Shown piece after piece: positions 1 to 12,400 of a stretch of 64,000 nt of DNA. The notes below the pieces were generated by a model. It searched no databases and was not told where the DNA came from. It saw nothing but the letters and a program-made list of their open reading frames with translations. The stretch's first letter is position 1. Every line of letters begins with the position of its first letter. Source of the DNA: Gordius albopunctatus (lineage: Eukaryota). The stretch spans positions 9,858,001 to 9,922,000 of the forward strand of contig OZ193909.1 of assembly GCA_964276515.1 (NCBI GenBank), in the 5' to 3' direction. A program made the translations under genes and the position numbers.

Positions 1-110
1 AAAAAATTTCAAAAAATTTTGATGTCGAAAAAAATATTTATTTTCCTATTCTTTCGAAAGGGGGATGAAAAAATCTTTAAAAGTTAGAAACTAAACTTTT
101 CGTGTTGCGT

Positions 111-459
111 TTAGATTGTTTCAAAATCGCTTTCTACGCGTGTCTCTAGTTTTTGTGAAACAAACTCTATTTGATCGTGATATAAAGTTAATAATTTTTG
201 AGGACTGATCAAAAAATTTTTCACTAATTGACCTCTGATATCAAAAACTTTCATGACGGCTATATTGTTGAACAAAAAAATTGAAAAATTTTTGAAGTCG
301 AAAAAAATATTTATTTTCATATTCTATCAAAAGGGGGCTGAAAGAATCTTTAAAAGTTAGTAAATATTCTTAGCATCATGTCCTTGTTAGAATCCGTATG
401 ATAATTTTTGCACGGGGTGAGGTTTTAGATTGAGAGAAACTAAACTTTTCGTGTTGCGT
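111..459 (+). repeat. Representative long monomer (349 bp)
   Basis: One full period. It includes the 76-bp segment at 361-436 and the linked alleles GAAGTCG, CATATTCTATCAAAA and GGGGGCTGAAAGAATC. Confidence 0.97.
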
Positions 460-3400
460 TTAGATTGTTTCAAAATCGCTTTCTAAGCGTGTCTCTAGTT
501 TTTGAGAAACAAACTCTATTTGATCGTGATTTAAAGTTAATAATTTTTGAGGACTGATCAAAAAATTTTTCACTAATTGACCTCTGATATCAAAAACTTT
601 CATGACGGCTATATTGTTGAACAAAAAAATTGAAAAATTTTTGAAGTCGAAAAAAATATTTATTTTCATATTCTATCAAAAGGGGGCTGAAAGAATTTTT
701 AAAAGTTAGTAAATATTCTTAGCATCATGTCCTTGTTAGAATCCGTATGATAATTTTTGCAGGGGGTGAGGTTTTAGATTGAGAGAAACTAAACTTTTCG
801 TGTTGCGTTTAGATTGTTTCAAAATCGCTTTCTAAGCGTGTCTCTAGTTTTTGAGAAACAAACTCTATTTGATCGTGATTTAAAGTTAATAATTTTTGAG
901 GACGATCAAAAATTTTTCACTAATTGACCTCTGATATCAAATCTTTCATGACGGCTATATTGTTGAACAAAAAAATTGAAAAAATTTTGATGTCGAAAAA
1001 AATATTTATTTTCCTATTCTTTCGAAAGGGGGATGAAAAAATCTTTAAAATTTAGAAACTAAACTTTTCGTGTTGCGTTTAGATTGTTTCAAAATCGCTT
1101 TCTAAGCGTGTCTCTCGTTTTTGTGAAACAAACTCTATTTGATCGTGATTTAAAGTTAATAATTTTTGAGGACTGATCAAAAAATTTTTCACTAATTGAC
1201 CTCTGATATCAAAAACTTTCATGACGGCTATATTGTTGAACAAAAAAATTGAAAAATTTTTGAAGTCGAAAAAAATATTTATTTTCATATTCTATCAAAA
1301 GGGGGCTGAAAGAATCTTTAAAAGTTAGTAAATATTCTTAGCATCATGTCCTTGTTAGAATCCGTATGATAATTTTTGCACGGGGTGGGTTTTAGATTGA
1401 GAGAAACTAAACTTTTCGTGTTGCGTTTAGATTGTTTCAAAATCGCTTTCTAAGCGTGTCTCTAGTTTTTGAGAAACAAACTCTATTTGATCGTGATTTA
1501 AAGTTAATAATTTTTGAGGACTGATCAAAAAATTTTTCACTAATTGACCTCTGATATCAAAAACTTTCATGACGGCTATATTGTTGAACAAAAAAATTGA
1601 AAAATTTTTGAAGTCTAAAAAAATATTTATTTTCATATTCTATCAAAAGGGGGCTGAAAGAATTTTTAAAAGTTAGTAAATATTCTTAGCATCATGTCCT
1701 TGTTAGAATCCGTATGATAATTTTTGCACGGGGTGAGGTTTTAGATTGAGAGAAACTAAACTTTTCGTGATGCGTTTAGATTGTTTCAAAATCGCTTTCT
1801 AAGCGTGTCTCTAGTTTTTGAGAAACAAACTCTATTTGATCGTGATTTAAAGTTAATAATTTTTGAGGACGATCAAAAAATTTTCACTAATTGACCTCTG
1901 ATATCAAATCTTTCATGACGGCTATATTGTTGAACAAAAAAATTGAAAAAATTTTGATGTCGAAAAAAATATTTATTTTCCTATTCTTTCGAAAGGGGGA
2001 TGAAAAAATCTTTAAAATTTAGAAACTAAACTTTTCGTGTTGCGTTTAGATTGTTTCAAAATCGCTTTCTAAGCGTGTCTCTAGTTTTTGAGAAACAAAC
2101 TCTATTTGATCGTGATTTAAAGTTAATAATTTTTGAGGACGATCAAAAATTTTTCACTAATTGACCTCTGATATCAAAAACTTTCATGACGGCTATATTG
2201 TTGAACAAAAAAATTTCAAAAAATTTTGATGTCGAAAAAAATATTTATTTTCCTATTCTTTCGAAAGGGGGATGAAAAAATCTTTAAAATTTAGAAACTA
2301 AACTTTTCGGGTTGCGTTTAGATTGTTTCAAAATCGCTTTCTAAGCGTGTCTCTAGTTTTTGTGAAACAAACTCTATTTGATCGTGATTTAAAGTTAATA
2401 ATTTTTGAGGACGATCAAAAATTTTTCACTAATTGACCTCTGATATCAAATCTTTCATGACGGCTATATTGTTGAACAAAAAAATTGAAAAATTTTTGAA
2501 GTCGAAAAAAATATTTATTTTCATATTCTATCAAAAGGGGGCTGAAAGAATCTTTAAAAGTTAGTAAATATTCTTAGCATCATGTCCTTGTTAGAATCCG
2601 TATGATAATTTTTGAACGGAGTGAGGTTTTAGATTGAGAGAAACTAAACTTTTCGTGTTGCGTTTAGATTGTTTCAAAATAGCTTTCTAAGCGTGTCTCT
2701 AGTTTTTGAGAAACAAACTCTATTTGATCGTGATTTAAAGTTAATAATTTTTGAGGACGATCAAAAATTTTTCACTAATTGACCTCTGATATCAAATCTT
2801 TCATGACGGCTATATTGTTGAACAAAAAAATTTCAAAAAATTTTGATGTCGAAAAAAATATTTATTTTCCTATTCTTTCGAAAGGGGGATGAAAAAATCT
2901 TTAAAATTTAGAAACTAAACTTTTCGTGTTGCGTTTAGATTGTTTCAAAATCGCTTTCTAAGCGTGTCTCTAGTTTTTGAGAAACAAACTCTATTTGATC
3001 GTGATTTAAAGTTAATAATTTTTGAGGACGATCAAAAATTTTTCACTAATTGACCTCTGATATCAAATCTTTCATGACGGCTATATTGTTGAACAAAAAA
3101 ATTTCAAAAAATTTTGATGTCGAAAAAAATATTTATTTTCCTATTCTTTCGAAAGGGGGATGAAAAATTCTTTAAAATTTAGAAACTAAACTTTTCGGGT
3201 TGCGTTTAGATTGTTTCAAAATCGCTTTCTAAGCGTGTCTCTAGTTTTTGAGAAACAAACTCTATTTGATCGTGATTTAAAGTTAATAATTTTTGAGGAC
3301 GATCAAAAATTTTTCACTAATTGACCTCTGATATCAAAAACTTTCATGACGGCTATATTGTTGAACAAAAAAATTGAAAAAATTTTGATGTCGAAAAAAA

Positions 3401-6400
3401 TATTTATTTTCCTATTCTTTCGAAAGGGGGATGAAAAAATCTTTAAAATTTAGAAACTAAACTTTTCGTGTTGCGTTTAGATTGTTTCAAAATCGCTTTC
3501 TAAGCGTGTCTCTAGTTTTTGTGAAACAAACTCTATTTGATCGTGATTTAAAGTTAATAATTTTTGAGGACGATCAAAAATTTTTCACTAATTGACCTCT
3601 GATATCAAAAACTTTCATGACGGCTATATTGTTGAACAAAAAAATTGAAAAAATTTTGATGTCGAAAAAAATATTTATTTTCCTATTCTTTCGAAAGGGG
3701 GATGAAAAAATCTTTAAAATTAAGAAACTAAACTTTTCGGGTTGCGTTTAGATTGTTTCAAAATCGCTTTCTAAGCGTGTCTCTAGTTTTTGTGAAACAA
3801 ACTCTATTTGATCGTGATTTAAAGTTAATAATTTTTGAGGACTGATCAAAAATTTTTCACTAATTGACCTCTGATATCAAAAACTTTCATGACGGCTATA
3901 TTGTTGAACAAAAAAATTTCAAAAAATTTTGATGTCGAAAAAAATATTTATTTTCCTATTCTTTCGAAAGGGGGATGAAAAAATCTTTAAAAGTTAGAAA
4001 CTAAACTTTTCGGGTTGCGTTTAGATTGTTTCAAAATCGCTTTCTAAGCGTGTCTCTAGTTTTTGAGAAACAAACTCTATTTGATCGTGATTTAAAGTTA
4101 ATAATTTTTGAGGACTGATCAAAAAATTTTTCACTAATTGACCTCTGATATCAAAAACTTTCATGACGGCTATATTGTTGAACAAAAAAATTTCAAAAAA
4201 TTTTGATGTCGAAAAAAATATTTATTTTCCTATTCTTTCGAAAGGGGGATGAAAAAATCTTTAAAAGTTAGAAACTAAACTTTTCGTGTTGCGTTTAGAT
4301 TGTTTCAAAATCGCTTTCTAAGCGTGTCTCTAGTTTTTGTGAAACAAACTCTATTTGATCGTGATTTAAAGTTAATAATTTTTGAGGACGATCAAAAATT
4401 TTTCACTAATTGACCTCTGATATCAAATCTTTCATGACGGCTATATTGTTGAACAAAAAAATTGAAAAATTTTTGAAGTCGAAAAAAATATTTATTTTCA
4501 TATTCTATCAAAAGGGGGATGAAAAAATCTTTAAAATTAAGAAACTAAACTTTTCGGGTTGCGTTTAGATTGTTTCAAAATCGCTTTCTAAGCGTGTCTC
4601 TAGTTTTTGTGAAACAAACTCTATTTGATCGTGATTTAAAGTTAATAATTTTTGAGGACTGATCAAAAATTTTTCACTAATTGACCTCTGATATCAAAAA
4701 CTTTCATGACGGCTATATTGTTGAACAAAAAAATTTCAAAAAATTTTGATGTCGAAAAAAATATTTATTTTCCTATTCTTTCGAAAGGGGGATGAAAAAA
4801 TCTTTAAAAGTTAGAAACTAAACTTTTCGGGTTGCGTTTAGATTGTTTCAAAATCGCTTTCTAAGCGTGTCTCTAGTTTTTGTGAAACAAACTCTATTTG
4901 ATCGTGATTTAAAGTTAATAATTTTTGAGGACGATCAAAAATTTTTCACTAATTGACCTCTGATATCAAATCTTTCATGACGGCTATATTGTTGAACAAA
5001 AAAATTGAAAAATTTTTGAAGTCGAAAAAAATATTTATTTTCATATTCTATCAAAAGGGGGATGAAAAAATCTTTAAAATTAAGAAACTAAACTTTTCGG
5101 GTTGCGTTTAGATTGTTTCAAAATCGCTTTCTAAGCGTGTCTCTAGTTTTTGTGAAACAAACTCTATTTGATCGTGATTTAAAGTTAATAATTTTTGAGG
5201 ACTGATCAAAAATTTTTCACTAATTGACCTCTGATATCAAAAACTTTCATGACGGCTATATTGTTGAACAAAAAAATTTCAAAAAATTTTGATGTCGAAA
5301 AAAATATTTATTTTCCTATTCTTTCGAAAGGGGGATGAAAAAATCTTTAAAATTTAGAAACTAAACTTTTCGGGTTGCGTTTAGATTGTTTCAAAATCGC
5401 TTTCTAAGCGTGTCTCTAGTTTTTGTGAAACAAACTCTATTTGATCGTGATTTAAAGTTAATAATTTTTGAGGACTGATCAAAAAATTTTTCACTAATTG
5501 ACCTCTGATATCAAAAACTTTCATGACGGCTATATTGTTGAACAAAAAAATTGAAAAATTTTTGAAGTCGAAAAAAATATTTATTTTCATATTCTATCAA
5601 AAGGGGGCTGAAAGAATCTTTAAAAGTTAGTAAATATTCTTAGCATCATGTCCTTGTTAGAATCCGTATGATAATTTTTGCACGGGGTGAGGTTTTAGAT
5701 TGAGAGAAACTAAACTTTTCGTGTTGCGTTTAGATTGTTTCAAAATCGCTTTCTAACCGTGTCTCTAGTTTTTGAGAAACAAACTCTATTTGATCGTGAT
5801 TTAAAGTTAATAATTTTTGAGGACGATCAAAAATTTTTCACTAATTGACCTCTGATATCAAAAACTTTCATGACGGCTATATTGTTGAACAAAAAAATTT
5901 CAAAAAATTTTGATGTCGAAAAAAATATTTATTTTCCTATTCTTTCGAAAGGGGGATGAAAAAATCTTTAAAAGTTAGAAACTAAACTTTTCGTGTTGCG
6001 TTTAGATTGTTTCAAAATCGCTTTCTACGCGTGTCTCTAGTTTTTGTGAAACAAACTCTATTTGATCGTGATATAAAGTTAATAATTTTTGAGGACTGAT
6101 CAAAAAATTTTTCACTAATTGACCTCTGATATCAAAAACTTTCATGACGGCTATATTGTTGAACAAAAAAATTGAAAAATTTTTGAAGTCGAAAAAAATA
6201 TTTATTTTCATATTCTATCAAAAGGGGGCTGAAAGAATCTTTAAAAGTTAGTAAATATTCTTAGCATCATGTCCTTGTTAGAATCCGTATGATAATTTTT
6301 GCACGGGGTGAGGTTTTAGATTGAGAGAAACTAAACTTTTCGTGTTGCGTTTAGATTGTTTCAAAATCGCTTTCTAAGCGTGTCTCTAGTTTTTGAGAAA

Positions 6401-9400
6401 CAAACTCTATTTGATCGTGATTTAAAGTTAATAATTTTTGAGGACGATCAAAAATTTTTCACTAATTGACCTCTGATATCAAATCTTTCATGACGGCTAT
6501 ATTGTTGAACAAAAAAATTGAAAAATTTTTGAAGTCGAAAAAAATATTTATTTTCATATTCTATCAAAAGGGGGCTGAAAGAATCTTTAAAAGTTAGTAA
6601 ATATTCTTAGCATCATGTCCTTGTTAGAATCCGTATGATAATTTTTGCACGGGGTGAGGTTTTAGATTGAGAGAAACTAAACTTTTCGTGTTGCGTTTAG
6701 ATTGTTTCAAAATCGCTTTCTAAGCGTGTCTCTAGTTATTGAGAAACAAACTCTATTTGATCGTGATTTAAAGTTAATAATTTTTGAGGACTGATCAAAA
6801 AATTTTTCACTAATTGACCTCTGATATCAAAAACTTTCATGACGGCTATATTGTTGAACAAAAAAATTTCAAAAAATTTTGATGTCGAAAAAAATATTTA
6901 TTTTCCTATTCTTTCGAAAGGGGGATGAAAAAATCTTTAAAAGTTAGAAACTAAACTTTTCGGGTTGCGTTTAGATTGTTTCAAAATCGCTTTCTAAGCG
7001 TGTCTCTAGTTTTTGTGAAACAAACTCTATTTGATCGTGATTTAAAGTTAATAATTTTTGAGGACGATCAAAAATTTTTCACTAATTGACCTCTGATATC
7101 AAATCTTTCATGACGGCTATATTGTTGAACAAAAAAATTGAAAAATTTTTGAAGTCGAAAAAAATATTTATTTTCATATTCTATCAAAAGGGGGCTGAAA
7201 GAATCTTTAAAAGTTAGTAAATATTCTTAGCATCATGTCCTTGTTAGAATCCGTATGATAATTTTTGAACGGAGTGAGGTTTTAGATTGAGAGAAACTAA
7301 ACTTTTCGTGTTGCGTTTAGATTGTTTCAAAATAGCTTTCTAAGCGTGTCTCTAGTTTTTGAGAAACAAACTCTATTTGATCGTGATTTAAAGTTAATAA
7401 TTTTTGAGGACGATCAAAAATTTTTCACTAATTGACCTCTGATATCAAAAACTTTCATGACGGCTATATTGTTGAACAAAAAAATTTCAAAAAATTTTGA
7501 TGTCGAAAAAAATATTTATTTTCCTATTCTTTCGAAAGGGGGATGAAAAAATCTTTAAAAGTTAGAAACTAAACTTTTCGGGTTGCGTTTAGATTGTTTC
7601 AAAATCGCTTTCTAAGCGTGTCTCTAGTTTTTGTGAAACAAACTCTATTTGATCGTGATTTAAAGTTAATAATTTTTGAGGACGATCAAAAATTTTTCAC
7701 TAATTGACCTCTGATATCAAATCTTTCATGACGGCTATATTGTTGAACAAAAAAATTGAAAAATTTTTGAAGTCGAAAAAAATATTTATTTTCATATTCT
7801 ATCAAAAGGGGGCTGAAAGAATCTTTAAAAGTTAGTAAATATTCTTAGCATCATGTCCTTGTTAGAATCCGTATGATAATTTTTGAACGGAGTGAGGTTT
7901 TAGATTGAGAGAAACTAAACTTTTCGTGTTGCGTTTAGATTGTTTCAAAATAGCTTTCTAAGCGTGTCTCTAGTTTTTGAGAAACAAACTCTATTTGATC
8001 GTGATTTAAAGTTAATAATTTTTGAGGACGATCAAAAATTTTTCACTAATTGACCTCTGATATCAAATCTTTCATGACGGCTATATTGTTGAACAAAAAA
8101 ATTGAAAAATTTTTGAAGTCGAAAAAAATATTTATTTTCATATTCTATCAAAAGGGGGCTGAAAGAATCTTTAAAAGTTAGTAAATATTCTTAGCATCAT
8201 GTCCTTGTTAGAATCCGTATGATAATTTTTGCACGGGGTGAGGTTTTAGATTGAGAGAAACTAAACTTTTCGTGTTGCGTTTAGATTGTTTCAAAATCGC
8301 TTTCTAAGCGTGTCTCTAGTTATTGAGAAACAAACTCTATTTGATCGTGATTTAAAGTTAATAATTTTTGAGGACTGATCAAAAAATTTTTCACTAATTG
8401 ACCTCTGATATCAAAAACTTTCATGACGGCTATATTGTTGAACAAAAAAATTTCAAAAAATTTTGATGTCGAAAAAAATATTTATTTTCCTATTCTTTCG
8501 AAAGGGGGATGAAAAAATCTTTAAAAGTTAGAAACTAAACTTTTCGGGTTGCGTTTAGATTGTTTCAAAATCGCTTTCTAAGCGTGTCTCTAGTTTTTGT
8601 GAAACAAACTCTATTTGATCGTGATTTAAAGTTAATAATTTTTGAGGACGATCAAAAATTTTTCACTAATTGACCTCTGATATCAAATCTTTCATGACGG
8701 CTATATTGTTGAACAAAAAAATTGAAAAATTTTTGAAGTCGAAAAAAATATTTATTTTCATATTCTATCAAAAGGGGGCTGAAAGAATCTTTAAAAGTTA
8801 GTAAATATTCTTAGCATCATGTCCTTGTTAGAATCCGTATGATAATTTTTGAACGGAGTGAGGTTTTAGATTGAGAGAAACTAAACTTTTCGTGTTGCGT
8901 TTAGATTGTTTCAAAATAGCTTTCTAAGCGTGTCTCTAGTTTTTGAGAAACAAACTCTATTTGATCGTGATTTAAAGTTAATAATTTTTGAGGACGATCA
9001 AAAATTTTTCACTAATTGACCTCTGATATCAAATCTTTCATGACGGCTATATTGTTGAACAAAAAAATTTCAAAAAATTTTGATGTCGAAAAAAATATTT
9101 ATTTTCCTATTCTTTCGAAAGGGGGATGAAAAATTCTTTAAAATTTAGAAACTAAACTTTTCGTGTTGCGTTTAGATTGTTTCAAAATCGCTTTCTAAGC
9201 GTGTCTCTAGTTTTTGAGAAACAAACTCTATTTGATCGTGATTTAAAGTTAATAATTTTTGAGGACGATCAAAAATTTTTCACTAATTGACCTCTGATAT
9301 CAAAAACTTTCATGACGGCTATATTGTTGAACAAAAAAATTGAAAAAATTTTGATGTCGAAAAAAATATTTATTTTCCTATTCTTTCGAAAGGGGGATGA

Positions 9401-12400
9401 AAAAATCTTTAAAATTTAGAAACTAAACTTTTCGTGTTGCGTTTAGATTGTTTCAAAATCGCTTTCTAAGCGTGTCTCTAGTTTTTGTGAAACAAACTCT
9501 ATTTGATCGTGATTTAAAGTTAATAATTTTTGAGGACTGATCAAAAAATTTTTCACTAATTGACCTCTGATATCAAATCTTTCATGACGGCTATATTGTT
9601 GAACAAAAAAATTGAAAAATTTTTGAAGTCGAAAAAAATATTTATTTTCATATTCTATCAAAAGGGGGCTGAAAGAATCTTTAAAAGTTAGTAAATATTC
9701 TTAGCATCATGTCCTTGTTAGAATCCGTATGATAATTTTTGCACGGGGTGAGGTTTTAGATTGAGAGAAACTAAACTTTTCGTGTTGCGTTTAGATTGTT
9801 TCAAAATCGCTTTCTAAGCGTGTCTCTAGTTATTGAGAAACAAACTCTATTTGATCGTGATTTAAAGTTAATAATTTTTGAGGACTGATCAAAAAATTTT
9901 TCACTAATTGACCTCTGATATCAAAAACTTTCATGACGGCTATATTGTTGAACAAAAAAATTTCAAAAAATTTTGATGTCGAAAAAAATATTTATTTTCC
10001 TATTCTTTCGAAAGGGGGATGAAAAAATCTTTAAAAGTTAGAAACTAAACTTTTCGGGTTGCGTTTAGATTGTTTCAAAATCGCTTTCTAAGCGTGTCTC
10101 TAGTTTTTGTGAAACAAACTCTATTTGATCGTGATTTAAAGTTAATAATTTTTGAGGACGATCAAAAATTTTTCACTAATTGACCTCTGATATCAAATCT
10201 TTCATGACGGCTATATTGTTGAACAAAAAAATTGAAAAATTTTTGAAGTCGAAAAAAATATTTATTTTCATATTCTATCAAAAGGGGGCTGAAAGAATCT
10301 TTAAAAGTTAGTAAATATTCTTAGCATCATGTCCTTGTTAGAATCCGTATGATAATTTTTGAACGGAGTGAGGTTTTAGATTGAGAGAAACTAAACTTTT
10401 CGTGTTGCGTTTAGATTGTTTCAAAATAGCTTTCTAAGCGTGTCTCTAGTTTTTGAGAAACAAACTCTATTTGATCGTGATTTAAAGTTAATAATTTTTG
10501 AGGACGATCAAAAATTTTTCACTAATTGACCTCTGATATCAAATCTTTCATGACGGCTATATTGTTGAACAAAAAAATTTCAAAAAATTTTGATGTCGAA
10601 AAAAATATTTATTTTCCTATTCTTTCGAAAGGGGGATGAAAAATTCTTTAAAATTTAGAAACTAAACTTTTCGTGTTGCGTTTAGATTGTTTCAAAATCG
10701 CTTTCTAAGCGTGTCTCTAGTTTTTGAGAAACAAACTCTATTTGATCGTGATTTAAAGTTAATAATTTTTGAGGACGATCAAAAATTTTTCACTAATTGA
10801 CCTCTGATATCAAAAACTTTCATGACGGCTATATTGTTGAACAAAAAAATTGAAAAAATTTTGATGTCGAAAAAAATATTTATTTTCCTATTCTTTCGAA
10901 AGGGGGATGAAAAAATCTTTAAAATTTAGAAACTAAACTTTTCGTGTTGCGTTTAGATTGTTTCAAAATCGCTTTCTAAGCGTGTCTCTAGTTTTTGTGA
11001 AACAAACTCTATTTGATCGTGATTTAAAGTTAATAATTTTTGAGGACTGATCAAAAAATTTTTCACTAATTGACCTCTGATATCAAAAACTTTCATGACG
11101 GCTATATTGTTGAACAAAAAAATTGAAAAAATTTTGATGTCGAAAAAAATATTTATTTTCCTATTCTTTCGAAAGGGGGATGAAAAAATCTTTAAAATTA
11201 AGAAACTAAACTTTTCGGGTTGCGTTTAGATTGTTTCAAAATCGCTTTCTAAGCGTGTCTCTAGTTTTTGTGAAACAAACTCTATTTGATCGTGATTTAA
11301 AGTTAATAATTTTTGAGGACTGATCAAAAAATTTTTCACTAATTGACCTCTGATATCAAAAACTTTCATGACGGCTATATTGTTGAACAAAAAAATTTCA
11401 AAAAATTTTGATGTCGAAAAAAATATTTATTTTCCTATTCTTTCGAAAGGGGGATGAAAAAATCTTTAAAAGTTAGAAACTAAACTTTTCGGGTTGCGTT
11501 TAGATTGTTTCAAAATCGCTTTCTAAGCGTGTCTCTAGTTTTTGTGAAACAAACTCTATTTGATCGTGATTTAAAGTTAATAATTTTTGAGGACTGATCA
11601 AAAAATTTTTCACTAATTGACCTCTGATATCAAAAACTTTCATGACGGCTATATTGTTGAACAAAAAAATTGAAAAATTTTTGAAGTCGAAAAAAATATT
11701 TATTTTCATATTCTATCAAAAGGGGGCTGAAAGAATCTTTAAAAGTTAGTAAATATTCTTAGCATCATGTCCTTGTTAGAATCCGTATGATAATTTTTGC
11801 ACGGGGTGAGGTTTTAGATTGAGAGAAACTAAACTTTTCGTGTTGCGTTTAGATTGTTTCAAAATCGCTTTCTAACCGTGTCTCTAGTTTTTGAGAAACA
11901 AACTCTATTTGATCGTGATTTAAAGTTAATAATTTTTGAGGACAATCAAAAATTTTTCACTAATTGACCTCTGATATCAAAAACTTTCATGACGGCTATA
12001 TTGTTGAACAAAAAAATTTCAAAAAATTTTGATGTCGAAAAAAATATTTATTTTCCTATTCTTTCGAAAGGGGGATGAAAAAATCTTTAAAAGTTAGAAA
12101 CTAAACTTTTCGTGTTGCGTTTAGATTGTTTCAAAATCGCTTTCTACGCGTGTCTCTAGTTTTTGTGAAACAAACTCTATTTGATCGTGATATAAAGTTA
12201 ATAATTTTTGAGGACTGATCAAAAAATTTTTCACTAATTGACTTCTGATATCAAAAACTTTCATGACGGCTATATTGTTGAACAAAAAAATTGAAAAATT
12301 TTTGAAGTCGAAAAAAATATTTATTTTCATATTCTATCAAAAGGGGGCTGAAAGAATCTTTAAAAGTTAGTAAATATTCTTAGCATCATGTCCTTGTTAG

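Noticed and set aside
361..436. 76-bp segment as a tRNA or MITE
   Set aside because: The length is tRNA-like, but I see no cloverleaf stems or T-loop GTTC motif, no terminal inverted repeats and no convincing target-site duplication.
355..465. TTAG motifs as telomeric repeats
   Set aside because: They are isolated tetramers, with no tandem TTAGG, TTAGGG or TTTAGGG.
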